Shown: piece by piece, positions 39,491-48,510 of the stretch
How positions within the stretch are numbered: the stretch's first letter is position 1
How the letters are laid out: every line of letters begins with the position of its first letter
DNA from: Minisyncoccota bacterium
GTDB lineage: Bacteria > Patescibacteriota > Minisyncoccia > 2-02-FULL-40-12 > GWA2-44-9
DNA: 64,000 nucleotides
Assembly: GCA_018062285.1 (NCBI GenBank)
Contig: JAGOSO010000003.1
Coordinates: forward strand, 6,992-70,991
Direction: 5' to 3'
Program-made: the position numbers and the translations under genes
The notes under the pieces: model-generated
Told to the model about the DNA's origin: nothing
Databases searched by the model: none
The model's input: only the letters and a program-made list of their open reading frames with translations

Positions 39491-41215
39491 TCAGCCTAAA
39501 ATTCTCTCAATCTCATCAAAGGATGTGACTCCGGCCAACATTTTCATGTAGGCATCTTGTCTCATGGTAATCATTCCTTGCTTGATTGCTAATTCGGTTA
39601 CGTCGGCCATGGATGGACTGGTCATGACAAGCTTCTCCATTTCAGGGGTGACAACAAAGGCTTCATAAACACCAATACGTCCTTTGTAGCCAGTGTTGTT
39701 GCACTTGTCGCAACCAGCCGGCTCAAAGACTTCTGGGTTTTCTGCTAATGATGGTAATTTAAATTTATCAGCGATTGGTTCAATGTCCGTTTTGATTTTT
39801 TCTAAGCGACCTGCGGCTAAAGGTTTTTTGGCTCGGCAAGATTCGCATAATTTTCTGAGCAAGCGCTGAGCCATGGCCATACGAATTGATGGAGCAATAA
39901 TCTGAGGTTGAACTTTCAAGTCGATCAAACGGGGGATCGTGCCAGCTGCATCATTGGTGTGGATGGTCGACAAAACCAAATGGCCAGTGAGGGCAGCATT
40001 CAAAGCAATCTCAGCAGTTTCATTGTCGCGGATTTCGCCGACGAGAATAATGTCAGGGTCTTGGCGAACTATAGACCTTAATCCATCAGCAAATGTGTAG
40101 CCCTTAGTTGGGTCTACTTGGGTTTGGGAGATTCCAGTAATGTGATATTCGATTGGGTCTTCAATGGTCACAATCTTATCTTCGGAAGAGTTCAAGAAAT
40201 TAACAAAGGCGTAGAGAGTGGTTGTTTTACCAGATCCGGTTGGACCAGTGGTCAATATGGCCCCCGTGGGTTTGCCTAATTGCTCCTTAACCATTTCTAA
40301 AAAGTCTGGGCGCATACCCAAATCTTCTAACTTGCCCTTGATGCTTCGTGGATCTAAAAGACGCATTACAATTGTTTCGCCAAATTCACTAGGCAACAAA
40401 GAAACACGAACCTCGATATCGATCCCACCTTCGCGAATAGTGAAGCGTCCGTCTTGCGGGGCGCGGGAGATGTTTAATTTTAAGTGGGATAAAATTTTGA
40501 TACGATTGACCACTTTCTCATAGGATTCTTTTTCAATGGTCGTAACATCTTCCAAGACGCCATCCATACGATATCGCAAGCGAGCATTTTCGTTGGTTGG
40601 CTCAAAGTGGATGTCGGAGGCTCCAATCTTTAAGGCGCCAGCCAAAAGAATTTCTAACAATTTGGTGGTAGAAACACTGGCCACTTGTTGTTGGAGGTCT
40701 TTAACCGAACCGATCTTGCTTTGTAGTTCTGCGAGTTCTTCTTCTTTAATATCAATCGAACCAACTTCAAAAGTATCAACATGTTTTAAATTGGCGTATC
40801 TTCCCCAAGCATGATCAAGCCCAGCAGGGGAGGTCATGATTACTGCAATCTTGAATCCGCGGCCCTTAAGCGCAACGATTGATTCATTTGTTTCTATTGC
40901 TGCTGGATCGGTGGTAGCAACGGTGAGAGTTACTCCTGTCTTTAGGATAATGGCAAAGTTTCCAGCTCGAGCTCGAGCTTCATCAACCAAACCAAGTGCA
41001 CCAGTATCGATTGGGGCATTAGCGAGATCAGAAAACGGAACACCAAGCTTCTGGGCTGCTGCCTGGAAGGAGTCCTTGCTTCCGTGAGCATTAATTTGCC
41101 CTAGCTTTTTCTCTAGTTCTGCTTCTCTCTTTGCTTGTGCTGTTGCTTGGTCAGACATTTCTATAATTATATCACCTTGGCTTGTTTCAGATATCACCAA
41201 CATGATCCTGGCCAT
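39491..41215 (-). CDS. pilB: Type IV pilus assembly ATPase PilB (GspE family).
   Basis: N-terminal GSPII_E_N-like domain, Walker A GPTGSGKTTT, Asp box, Walker B and His box. 574 aa. Confidence 0.9.
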   Translation of the reverse strand: MARIMLVISETSQGDIIIEMSDQATAQAKREAELEKKLGQINAHGSKDSFQAAAQKLGVPFSDLANAPIDTGALGLVDEARARAGNFAIILKTGVTLTVATTDPAAIETNESIVALKGRGFKIAVIMTSPAGLDHAWGRYANLKHVDTFEVGSIDIKEEELAELQSKIGSVKDLQQQVASVSTTKLLEILLAGALKIGASDIHFEPTNENARLRYRMDGVLEDVTTIEKESYEKVVNRIKILSHLKLNISRAPQDGRFTIREGGIDIEVRVSLLPSEFGETIVMRLLDPRSIKGKLEDLGMRPDFLEMVKEQLGKPTGAILTTGPTGSGKTTTLYAFVNFLNSSEDKIVTIEDPIEYHITGISQTQVDPTKGYTFADGLRSIVRQDPDIILVGEIRDNETAEIALNAALTGHLVLSTIHTNDAAGTIPRLIDLKVQPQIIAPSIRMAMAQRLLRKLCESCRAKKPLAAGRLEKIKTDIEPIADKFKLPSLAENPEVFEPAGCDKCNNTGYKGRIGVYEAFVVTPEMEKLVMTSPSMADVTELAIKQGMITMRQDAYMKMLAGVTSFDEIERILG

Positions 41216-41500
41216 ACCCTAACGGACTGAATGGTAAAGTAAATACTTTTTTGTGGATAAGCTCCGCTTTTCTGATTTTTGTCATCTCGCTCCGCCAACT
41301 AGGTCTGGCCAAAATATCTTCATTGCTTCCGAACAAAAACGCCAGCTTGCCTCGAAGCCATCGGATTCCTTTTTGTTACCGGAAGAATTTCAGATATTTT
41401 GGTCCAGACAGTAAGTCGTCGCTCGGAATGTCAAAAATCAGCAAGGCTTCGCTTCCTTTGCTTGGTGCCGATTGTTTATATCCATCCTTGTATTTTCCAT

Positions 41501-41509
41501 GGGGGGGGG
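41501..41509. repeat. Homopolymeric G9 tract in the divergent pilB / 41542 intergenic region.
   Basis: ccatGGGGGGGGGtaag, 33 nt upstream of the 41542 start and about 290 nt upstream of pilB. Confidence 0.9.
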
Positions 41510-41541
41510 TAAGATTGGGGTAATAAATTTAATCTAAAAAT

Positions 41542-42096
41542 ATGGCAGAAAAATACGAACCAACCCAAGAAGATATAAAAAAAGCAGAAGACTCAATGGG
41601 GCCAGAGCAGGTACACGGATCAACTGAACGAGATAAATTCAGAGAATCTCTCATGAATGGTGGCAGTATTTACTTTACCATTGAGCCAACCCCAGGGCCC
41701 GATAACGGTTTTAGTGAGCGCTGGAGTAACTATATAATGTCTGCCCCAGATGTTGCAGACAGGGGTCTAGAGGTCCATGTCCTTAAGAAGGCACCAGAGA
41801 GCAAGAGTATGGCCGATCGACGCGCTGTTGACTCTGGCGAAGCAAAATGGATAACCTATGAAGAAGCCGTAAGTATACTAAAAGAGGCAGCAGAAAATAA
41901 TAATCGAATTATCCAAGGCTTTGAAGCCGTGATAGGTCACTACTCTAGTCCTGCTTCAAAAGAAGATATGAAGAAGCAGTTAAAAGACTCACTGGAATAC
42001 CTAAAGGAAGGTTCTGATCAGCTAGAGACTGCAATCCAGGTATTTCAAGAGAAGCAGTCAAAATCCAAAAAAGAAGATGAGGGTAGTAAAAAATAA
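41542..42096 (+). CDS. Hypothetical acidic soluble protein, 184 aa.
   Basis: ORF with no recognised family. Confidence 0.55.
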   Translation: MAEKYEPTQEDIKKAEDSMGPEQVHGSTERDKFRESLMNGGSIYFTIEPTPGPDNGFSERWSNYIMSAPDVADRGLEVHVLKKAPESKSMADRRAVDSGEAKWITYEEAVSILKEAAENNNRIIQGFEAVIGHYSSPASKEDMKKQLKDSLEYLKEGSDQLETAIQVFQEKQSKSKKEDEGSKK

Positions 42097-42109
42097 TCCA
42101 AAAGTGTGT

Positions 42110-42151
42110 CACGTAATATAAATGCCCCATACGGGGCATTTATATTACGTG
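42110..42151. terminator. 19 bp perfect inverted repeat (terminator or protein-binding palindrome) abutting the nusA promoter.
   Basis: CACGTAATATAAATGCCCC-atac-GGGGCATTTATATTACGTG. Confidence 0.6.
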
Positions 42152-42180
42152 TTGACTTGTGCATAAGTCGCTGGTATTAT
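42152..42180 (+). promoter_or_regulatory. Candidate sigma70 promoter for nusA.
   Basis: TTGACT, then a 17 nt spacer, then TATTAT. About 80 nt upstream of nusA. Confidence 0.45.
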
Positions 42181-42258
42181 AGAGAAGTTGGATGTACTGG
42201 TTCACCTAAGGAGGTGGGCCCGTTTTTGTAAATAATAAACAATTAACTAATAACCACC

Positions 42259-43500
42259 ATGTTTGACATGAAAGAGTTCGCATCTGCCATGAAGCAGATC
42301 TCGGAGGAAAAGGGCATCTCAGCCGAGAGTGTCTTTGAAACAATTGAAGCTGCCATCTCCGCAGCCTATAAGCGTGAATACGGCGAGAAGGGACAGATCA
42401 TTAAAGCTAGTATGGACCCAGAGACTGGGGTTTTGAAGATGACCCAGACTCACTATGTAGTTGAGGGTATGGACGAAGAAGGCAACATCACCGGCCCATT
42501 ACCAACTAAGGTGATCGAAGAAAAACCAGACTTCCAAGATTTGGAAGGAACTCGCCGACGCCGACCAGGCGAAGAAGCTCCAGTTGAAACTGGCGAAGTT
42601 AAAATTAAATTTAATCCCCAGAAGCACATTCTATTAAAAGACGCCCAAGAGAAAAACAAGAAGGCTACAGTAGGGGATGAAATCATCACAAAACTTGAAC
42701 CTAAGACCGACTTTGGTCGCATCGCTGCTCAGACCGCTAAGCAAGTTATTATCCAGCGCTTACGAGAAGCAGAACGCGGAGCCATCTTTAACGAATTCAA
42801 GGGCCGTGAAGGCGAAATCGTTTCTGGTGTTGTTCAGCGCCGTGAAGGAGCCTTGGTCTTTGTTGATCTTGGTAAAACCAATGGCCTTGTTCCACCAGCC
42901 GAACAGATGTTCACCGACAACTATCGCTTGGGTCAGCGCTATCGATTTGTAATTAACAAAGTCGAAGAGACCTCACGTGGTCCAGTTGTTATCTTGTCTC
43001 GTGCCAACCCTCAATTGGTAGTTGGTTTGTTCCGCTCTGAAGTTCCTGAAATCGACAGTGGCAGTGTTCAGGTTAAAGCTATTGCCCGCGAAGCCGGTTC
43101 TCGCACCAAGATTGCCGTTGCTTCTGCTGAGGAAAGTATCGACCCAATCGGTTCATTGGTTGGTCAAAAAGGTGTTCGTGTTCAGACTGTTATCAATGAA
43201 ATTTCTGGTGAAAAAATCGACATCATTTTGTGGAGTGATAAGCCAACAGAATTTATCGCTAACTGTTTCTCTCCAGCCAAAGTCTTGCAGGTTAAGGTTG
43301 TCGACGAAGAACGCAAACACGCTTTGGTTGAAGTTTCTGAAGACCAATTCTCTCTTGCTATCGGCAAGAAAGGCCAGAATGTTCGTCTTGCTGCCAAATT
43401 AAGTGGCTGGAAGATCGATGTTCGCTCTCCAAAAGAAGCCGTTGTCTTTGATGAAATTAAAGATGACACTCTCGAACCAGTTACAGAAGAAACAAACTAA
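42259..43500 (+). CDS. nusA: Transcription termination/antitermination factor NusA.
   Basis: N-terminal domain, S1 and two KH domains (GxxG: IGKKGQNV). 413 aa. Confidence 0.9.
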   Translation: MFDMKEFASAMKQISEEKGISAESVFETIEAAISAAYKREYGEKGQIIKASMDPETGVLKMTQTHYVVEGMDEEGNITGPLPTKVIEEKPDFQDLEGTRRRRPGEEAPVETGEVKIKFNPQKHILLKDAQEKNKKATVGDEIITKLEPKTDFGRIAAQTAKQVIIQRLREAERGAIFNEFKGREGEIVSGVVQRREGALVFVDLGKTNGLVPPAEQMFTDNYRLGQRYRFVINKVEETSRGPVVILSRANPQLVVGLFRSEVPEIDSGSVQVKAIAREAGSRTKIAVASAEESIDPIGSLVGQKGVRVQTVINEISGEKIDIILWSDKPTEFIANCFSPAKVLQVKVVDEERKHALVEVSEDQFSLAIGKKGQNVRLAAKLSGWKIDVRSPKEAVVFDEIKDDTLEPVTEETN

Positions 43501-43511
43501 TTTAAAAAAGG

Positions 43512-44798
43512 ATGACATCAACTAATAAAAGAATAGATGCCGACCACCTCGAACTGGCCGTAGAGCTGGGGCGTGATGAATTGGCTGAATATGTTAAGGC
43601 TGCCGAAGATGCTCACGGTCAGGAATTAACCATCGATGGATTCCGCCCAGGTAAAGCTCCTCGTGAAAAGGTTCGCCAACACGTTGGTGAAGCCCAGATC
43701 CTAGAGACTGCTTTGCAGACCGCCGTTCAGCAAAGTTTGGGTAAGGTTATTGCTGAACAAAAACTCGACGTTATCGAAGCTACAGATCTTTCGGTTAAAG
43801 AAAACACTCCAGAAAAATTAGTCTACACCGTCAAAGTTCGGGTTTTCCCTGACGTTGTTTTACCAACCCTCACTGATGTTAAGGTTAGTCGCCGCGAGAT
43901 TGTAATTGAGAACAAGGAAGTCGATGAAGCCCTAGAAACAGTCAAAGCTTCTCGTGCTATCTTGAGTGCCACCGACGAACCAGCCACAAAAGGCGACCGC
44001 CTCGAGGTTGATTTTGAGGTTAAAGAAAAAGGCACCTTGATTGAAGATGGTGCTAGCTCAAACCACCCTGTTGTTATTGGTAAAGAAAATTTTGTTCCTG
44101 GCTTCGAGGATCAATTGATCGGTCTCAAGAAAGGGGATCACAAAGAATTTTCACTAACCGCCCCTAAGGATTTTGCCAACAAGGCTGTCGCTGGGAAGAA
44201 ACTCGATTTCTCTGTAACCGTCAAAGATGTCAAGAAGGTAACCCTGCCAGAATTAACCGATGAATTTGCCAAGTCTCTAGGTAAGTTTGAAAACCTCGAT
44301 CAGTTGATGCTCAACTTGCGCGATGGTTTAACCGAAGAAAAGAAAGAAAAAGAAAATCAGCGCGTTCGTTTGGAAGTCATGAATGCTTTGATTGATAAAT
44401 CAAAGTGCACCGCTTCACCAGCTTTGATCGAAGACCAGCTCACTAGCATGATGCAAAACTTTGATCAGGACTTACATCGTCACAATATGGAGTTGAGTTT
44501 ATACTTGGCCAAGATCAACAAGACTCAGGAAGACATCAAAAAAGAATGGCGCCCTGAAGCTGAACGCCAAGTAAAGATGGCTCTTATCTTGCACGCTATC
44601 GCTCGTCAAAACAATATTGAAGTTACTAAAGAAGAAACCGAAGAAGCTTTGGAATCCTTGATTCAATCAACCATGTTGCGCAATGGGGGAACTACCCCAA
44701 ACTTAGATATGGAAAGAATGCGTAGCTCAATTCAATCTCGTCTTTTGAATGAAAAAGTATTCCAGTATCTCGAAGCAACCTGCGTTGTCACCTTGTAG
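43512..44798 (+). CDS. tig: Trigger factor.
   Basis: N-terminal ribosome-binding motif TIDGFRPGKAP, a PPIase-like middle domain and 428 aa. Confidence 0.85.
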   Translation: MTSTNKRIDADHLELAVELGRDELAEYVKAAEDAHGQELTIDGFRPGKAPREKVRQHVGEAQILETALQTAVQQSLGKVIAEQKLDVIEATDLSVKENTPEKLVYTVKVRVFPDVVLPTLTDVKVSRREIVIENKEVDEALETVKASRAILSATDEPATKGDRLEVDFEVKEKGTLIEDGASSNHPVVIGKENFVPGFEDQLIGLKKGDHKEFSLTAPKDFANKAVAGKKLDFSVTVKDVKKVTLPELTDEFAKSLGKFENLDQLMLNLRDGLTEEKKEKENQRVRLEVMNALIDKSKCTASPALIEDQLTSMMQNFDQDLHRHNMELSLYLAKINKTQEDIKKEWRPEAERQVKMALILHAIARQNNIEVTKEETEEALESLIQSTMLRNGGTTPNLDMERMRSSIQSRLLNEKVFQYLEATCVVTL

Positions 44799-44828
44799 TT
44801 TAGTCTAGTCTAAGGTTAGAATGGAGTT

Positions 44829-45212
44829 ATGTGGCAATCACTGCGCATTTCTCATCTAATCTTACGTCTCTCGTTGGCGGCGGTATTTTTGTGGTTCGGT
44901 ATCGATAAATTCTTTCACCCGGGCCATTGGATTAGTTCTTGGATTCCTCAGTACGTTATTAACGTTGTCGGATTCCTTCATATTTCCGCAAATGCATTCG
45001 TCTACTCGATGGGTGTTGTAGAGTTGCTAATCGGTATCAGTTTGGCTGCCAATATGTTTATCGATTTCTTTGCTCTGGTTGCGGCTATAATGCTCGTGAT
45101 CGTGTCTTTGACCCACGGCTTGAGCGATGTGCTCATCAGGGATATCGGGCTTATTGGGGCTCTCTTGGCCCTAGTCTTTTGGCCCAATCCTGGTTTGCGT
45201 AGATATTTCTAG
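44829..45212 (+). CDS. DoxX-like small membrane protein, 127 aa.
   Basis: Four TM helices. LILRLSLAAVFLWFGIDKF matches the DoxX pattern. Confidence 0.55.
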   Translation: MWQSLRISHLILRLSLAAVFLWFGIDKFFHPGHWISSWIPQYVINVVGFLHISANAFVYSMGVVELLIGISLAANMFIDFFALVAAIMLVIVSLTHGLSDVLIRDIGLIGALLALVFWPNPGLRRYF

Positions 45213-45270
45213 CCCTAGTAAAAATCAATATTTTGTGGTATAACAATAAAGCCCTGAAGGGGCTTTATTC

Positions 45271-46422
45271 ATGAAAAATATTTATCTCGATAATGCAGCC
45301 GCAACCCCGATTGACAGTCGGGTATTGAGCGCGATGAATGCTGTTGGTAAGAAATATGGTAACCCTTCCTCCTATAACAATACTGGCCGATTGGCCCGCA
45401 AAGAAATCGAATTAGCCCGCCTCTCTATTGCTCGATTTGTTGGTGCTCGTGCTGAAGAAATAGCTTTCACATCTTCTGGCTCTGAATCAAATAACTTGGC
45501 CCTAATTGGTTCCCTTAAAGAAAAACAGGGAACAGTTTTAACCACCGCAACAGAACATCCTTCTGTCCTCGAGCCATTAAAAAGTTTAAAAAAGATAGGT
45601 TTAAAATATGTACCCATTAGTAAAGAGGGGTCTGTTGATTTAGTAAAATTTGAAGCCATGCTTTCTTCGGACTGTCGTTTGGTTTCTGTGATGTACGCCA
45701 ATAACGAGATTGGCACAATTCAGCCTATTAAAAAAATAGCCAAAATAATTACAGCATACAACAATGAGCACGGCACGGAGATTTTGTTCCACGTTGATGC
45801 TTGTCAGGCGACAGGCTATTTAGACATGAATGTTCAGCACCTTGGTGTCGACCTCATGACCTTCAATGGTTCAAAGATATATGGCCCTCGCGGTATTGGT
45901 GTTTTGTATGTTCGACGTGGAGTAAAAATAAACCCAATTATTATGGGTGGCTCTCAAGAGCATAATCTTCGGGCTGGTACAGAAAACACTTCGGCGATTG
46001 TCGGTTTGGCTAAAGCTATCTCGATTATTAAATCCACAGAATCCAAAAAAGTGTCGGCTCTTCGTGACTACACCATTAATCAAATCCAAAACAATCTCCC
46101 AGAAGTTTTAATAAATGGCGCCCTCGGCGCGGACCGTTTGGCTAACAATGCCAGCGTTTGTATTAAGGGCTTGGATAGTGAAAATTTACTTCTTGAATTG
46201 GATAAATACGGTATTTCCGCAGGTAGTGGTTCGGCCTGCACTTCTCATGCCGTTGAACCATCTCATGTCCTAAAAGCTATCGGTGTTCCCGAAGAATATA
46301 TTAATGGCGCCATTCGCTTTTCCTTGGGCCGTGAAACAACAAAAAAAGATATCGACTATCTTGTTAAATCTTTAGTTAAAATTGTTGCCGATCTAACCAA
46401 GCGCTATTCTCGTTTGAGGTAA
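45271..46422 (+). CDS. Cysteine desulfurase (class V aminotransferase, NifS/IscS-like).
   Basis: LDNAAATP N-terminus, PLP-lysine context NGSKIYGP, and an active Cys region SAGSGSACTS. Confidence 0.9.
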   Translation: MKNIYLDNAAATPIDSRVLSAMNAVGKKYGNPSSYNNTGRLARKEIELARLSIARFVGARAEEIAFTSSGSESNNLALIGSLKEKQGTVLTTATEHPSVLEPLKSLKKIGLKYVPISKEGSVDLVKFEAMLSSDCRLVSVMYANNEIGTIQPIKKIAKIITAYNNEHGTEILFHVDACQATGYLDMNVQHLGVDLMTFNGSKIYGPRGIGVLYVRRGVKINPIIMGGSQEHNLRAGTENTSAIVGLAKAISIIKSTESKKVSALRDYTINQIQNNLPEVLINGALGADRLANNASVCIKGLDSENLLLELDKYGISAGSGSACTSHAVEPSHVLKAIGVPEEYINGAIRFSLGRETTKKDIDYLVKSLVKIVADLTKRYSRLR

Positions 46423-46955
46423 AGTAAAAACTCTTTATTCTTTCCTTTCTCTCCCAAGATGGGGGATTCTGTTTCTCCGAGTATCTCTAGGCCAAGCTCT
46501 TTCATCTTGGCTTTTACTTCGTGCAAAACTTCAGGGATGGCTTCTTCTGGTAGTTTGCCTTTAACCAATCTTGGCTTGTCGGCCTCATAGTGCGGCTTAA
46601 CCAGAGTGATTAAGTGGCCTTCTTGTTTTAGGTTTAATAAGGCATTGGGCACAACTTTCTCAAGCTTGGTCCAGCTAGTATCTATGGTTATAAAATCAAC
46701 CTTCTCTGGCAGTTCAACGTGCATAGCGTTTTTCTTTTCCATGACAACAACACGAGGGTCATTGCGGAGCTTCCAATCTAGTGTGCCATAACCAGTTTCG
46801 ACGGCGTAAACTTTTTGGGCGCCATGTTGGAGTAGGCAATCAACAAACCCACCCGTGCTTGATCCAAAATCAGCACAGACCAAGTTGGTTACATTGGCTT
46901 TAAATTCCCTGATCGCATGTTCTAGTTTTTCACCAGCCCGAGAGGCGTATGCCAT
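46404..46955 (-). CDS. TlyA/FtsJ-like rRNA 2'-O-methyltransferase (no S4 domain), 183 aa.
   Basis: SAM motif ADFGSSTGGF and the TlyA-family core. Confidence 0.7.
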   Translation of the reverse strand: MAYASRAGEKLEHAIREFKANVTNLVCADFGSSTGGFVDCLLQHGAQKVYAVETGYGTLDWKLRNDPRVVVMEKKNAMHVELPEKVDFITIDTSWTKLEKVVPNALLNLKQEGHLITLVKPHYEADKPRLVKGKLPEEAIPEVLHEVKAKMKELGLEILGETESPILGEKGKNKEFLLYLKRE

Positions 46956-46960
46956 AGTTG

Positions 46961-47032
46961 TGCGCCCGGAGGGAATCGAACCCCCACCAACAGCTTCGAA
47001 GGCTGCTGCTCTATCCGTTGAGCTACGGGCGC
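46961..47032 (-). tRNA. tRNA-Arg (anticodon TCG).
   Basis: Acceptor GCGCCCG/CGGGCGC, anticodon stem GCAGC/GCTGT with loop CT-TCG-AA, T-loop TTCGATT. No CCA. Confidence 0.8.
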
Positions 47033-47058
47033 AAATAAAATAGTCGCTTCGTTCCTTG

Positions 47059-47131
47059 TGCGCCCGGTAGGATTCGAACCTACGACCGTATCCTTAAGAG
47101 GGATCTGCTCTACCAACTGAGCTACGGGCGC
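47059..47131 (-). tRNA. tRNA-Lys (anticodon CTT).
   Basis: Acceptor GCGCCCG/CGGGCGC, anticodon loop CT-CTT-AA, T-arm GTAGG-TTCGAAT-CCTAC. No CCA. Confidence 0.8.
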
Positions 47132-47189
47132 AAACTTTATATTTTAAACTTATCATATTTTACCAGCATTTTGGTCTTTTAGCAAACAT

Positions 47190-47222
47190 AAAACCGCCTC
47201 GATAAATCGGGCGGTTTTATGT
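47190..47222 (-). terminator. Hairpin terminator downstream of the minus-strand 3D-domain gene.
   Basis: AAAACCGCC...GGCGGTTTT, with a T-run on the minus-strand reading. Confidence 0.6.
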
Positions 47223-47227
47223 TTCGA

Positions 47228-47752
47228 TTATGACACGACTTCGATCTTAATTGTCTTGCGACCGAACTGCTTGGCTAATTCCTTAGAGGGGAACCAAACG
47301 TCGACGTTAAGATTGTAGCGACTATTCATGCGGTCCTCAACAACGAAGATCTTGTTGCCATAAAGGGCAGGGATCTTGATTGCAGTACCAAGTGGCAAGA
47401 AGTTTGCAGCTACGATACCGTCGCGAGTAAAAGTACCAGCGGCAGTAATGAATGGAGTATCATCGGTCTCATCTACAGAAGAGGAGTAGGCAGAAGCACT
47501 AACGGTGTAAGTCTTTACAGTAGTCTTAGCTTTGGCCTTACTGTCCGAAGGGTTGGTCACAGAAACAACGGAACCAGATTTAATTGTGGAGTCGTTGGTC
47601 TGGGCCTGGACACCTTGGATGCTCTGTAAGATAGAATCGAATGACCAAGTAGATGTATTGTCGAAGAACGCGGCGTTGGCATGGCTGGTTGAACCGATAC
47701 TGAAGACGATAGCCATAAGAACGATACCGACACTTTTTTTCATAATATACAT
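47228..47752 (-). CDS. Secreted 3D-domain (MltA/YuiC-like DPBB) protein, 174 aa.
   Basis: Signal peptide plus a C-terminal DETDDTPFITAAG...DRMNSRYN...VDVWF (3D-domain Asp pattern). Confidence 0.6.
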   Translation of the reverse strand: MYIMKKSVGIVLMAIVFSIGSTSHANAAFFDNTSTWSFDSILQSIQGVQAQTNDSTIKSGSVVSVTNPSDSKAKAKTTVKTYTVSASAYSSSVDETDDTPFITAAGTFTRDGIVAANFLPLGTAIKIPALYGNKIFVVEDRMNSRYNLNVDVWFPSKELAKQFGRKTIKIEVVS

Positions 47753-47926
47753 AGCCGTGAAGGACTAGGTAATGAGGGCTTTTTAGGCACAAAAAAAGGC
47801 CTACTAAGCCATGTATCGCATTACGTTACTCCTCTAGGTTATATGTACATTATATCAGAATGCACCAAAAAAGTCAATAGCTGTCAAGGCCCCCAAAACA
47901 GGTCTAAAATAGGCCCCTTTTGGGGG

Positions 47927-48403
47927 CTATTTTACCTCTTTCCTGAGGAAGTGGTGGCGCCAAGCCCTAGCCCCTGATTCAGCTGAGATAATAAGAATAA
48001 ACAAGGCCACCAAGACAACTAGCCCATCGTAACTCCATCGAGCCTGGTCGCTTGTTGTCAGTTTTAGCCAAATCCCAAATTCATCAAATACTAAGCCGAG
48101 ACCAAAACCGTATAGGAGGGCGATAAGATATTTACTGCGGGGCCCGTTGTTTACTAGGGCCAGATAAGTAGAAGCAACTACGAGAATAATTCCATAAGAA
48201 AAATGGTGGATCCGTACATCCTTAAGAATTGGAATGAAAAAACTAGGATCTATGTGACTGATAATTCTAGAACCAACAAAAGCAATCAGAAATGAAACCG
48301 CTATTGGAAAGAGGATGTACAAGTATAATTCAGAATCGGGCGATAGGTTCTTTTTCGTAAAAGCGCCTCTCTGAGTGATTTTAGAAAAAATACTTAATAA
48401 CAC
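47927..48403 (-). CDS. Hypothetical membrane protein. The start was moved to the GTG at 48403, about 158 aa.
   Basis: The first 25 codons of the listed ORF are the tRNA-Gly gene read in frame. Four predicted TM helices. Confidence 0.45.
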   Translation of the reverse strand: MLLSIFSKITQRGAFTKKNLSPDSELYLYILFPIAVSFLIAFVGSRIISHIDPSFFIPILKDVRIHHFSYGIILVVASTYLALVNNGPRSKYLIALLYGFGLGLVFDEFGIWLKLTTSDQARWSYDGLVVLVALFILIISAESGARAWRHHFLRKEVK

Positions 48404-48405
48404 GG

Positions 48406-48476
48406 AGCGGATAACGGGAGTCGAACCCGTCTCTGGTCCTTGGCAAGGACCCATAATACCGATATACGATATCCGC
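48406..48476 (-). tRNA. tRNA-Gly (anticodon GCC).
   Basis: Acceptor GCGGATA/TATCCGC, anticodon stem GGTCC/GGACC with loop TT-GCC-AA, T-arm CGGG-TTCGACT-CCCG. The D-arm has one mismatch. The 3' flank is CCG. Confidence 0.75.
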
Positions 48477-48510
48477 AATTTCTTTTAATATATTAACCTA
48501 AAAAGGACTC

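Noticed and set aside
41251-41523. 90-aa + ORF in the pilB / 41542 divergent intergenic region.
   Set aside because: No RBS, Ser/Leu-rich translation. It overlaps the probable promoter region and the G9 tract.
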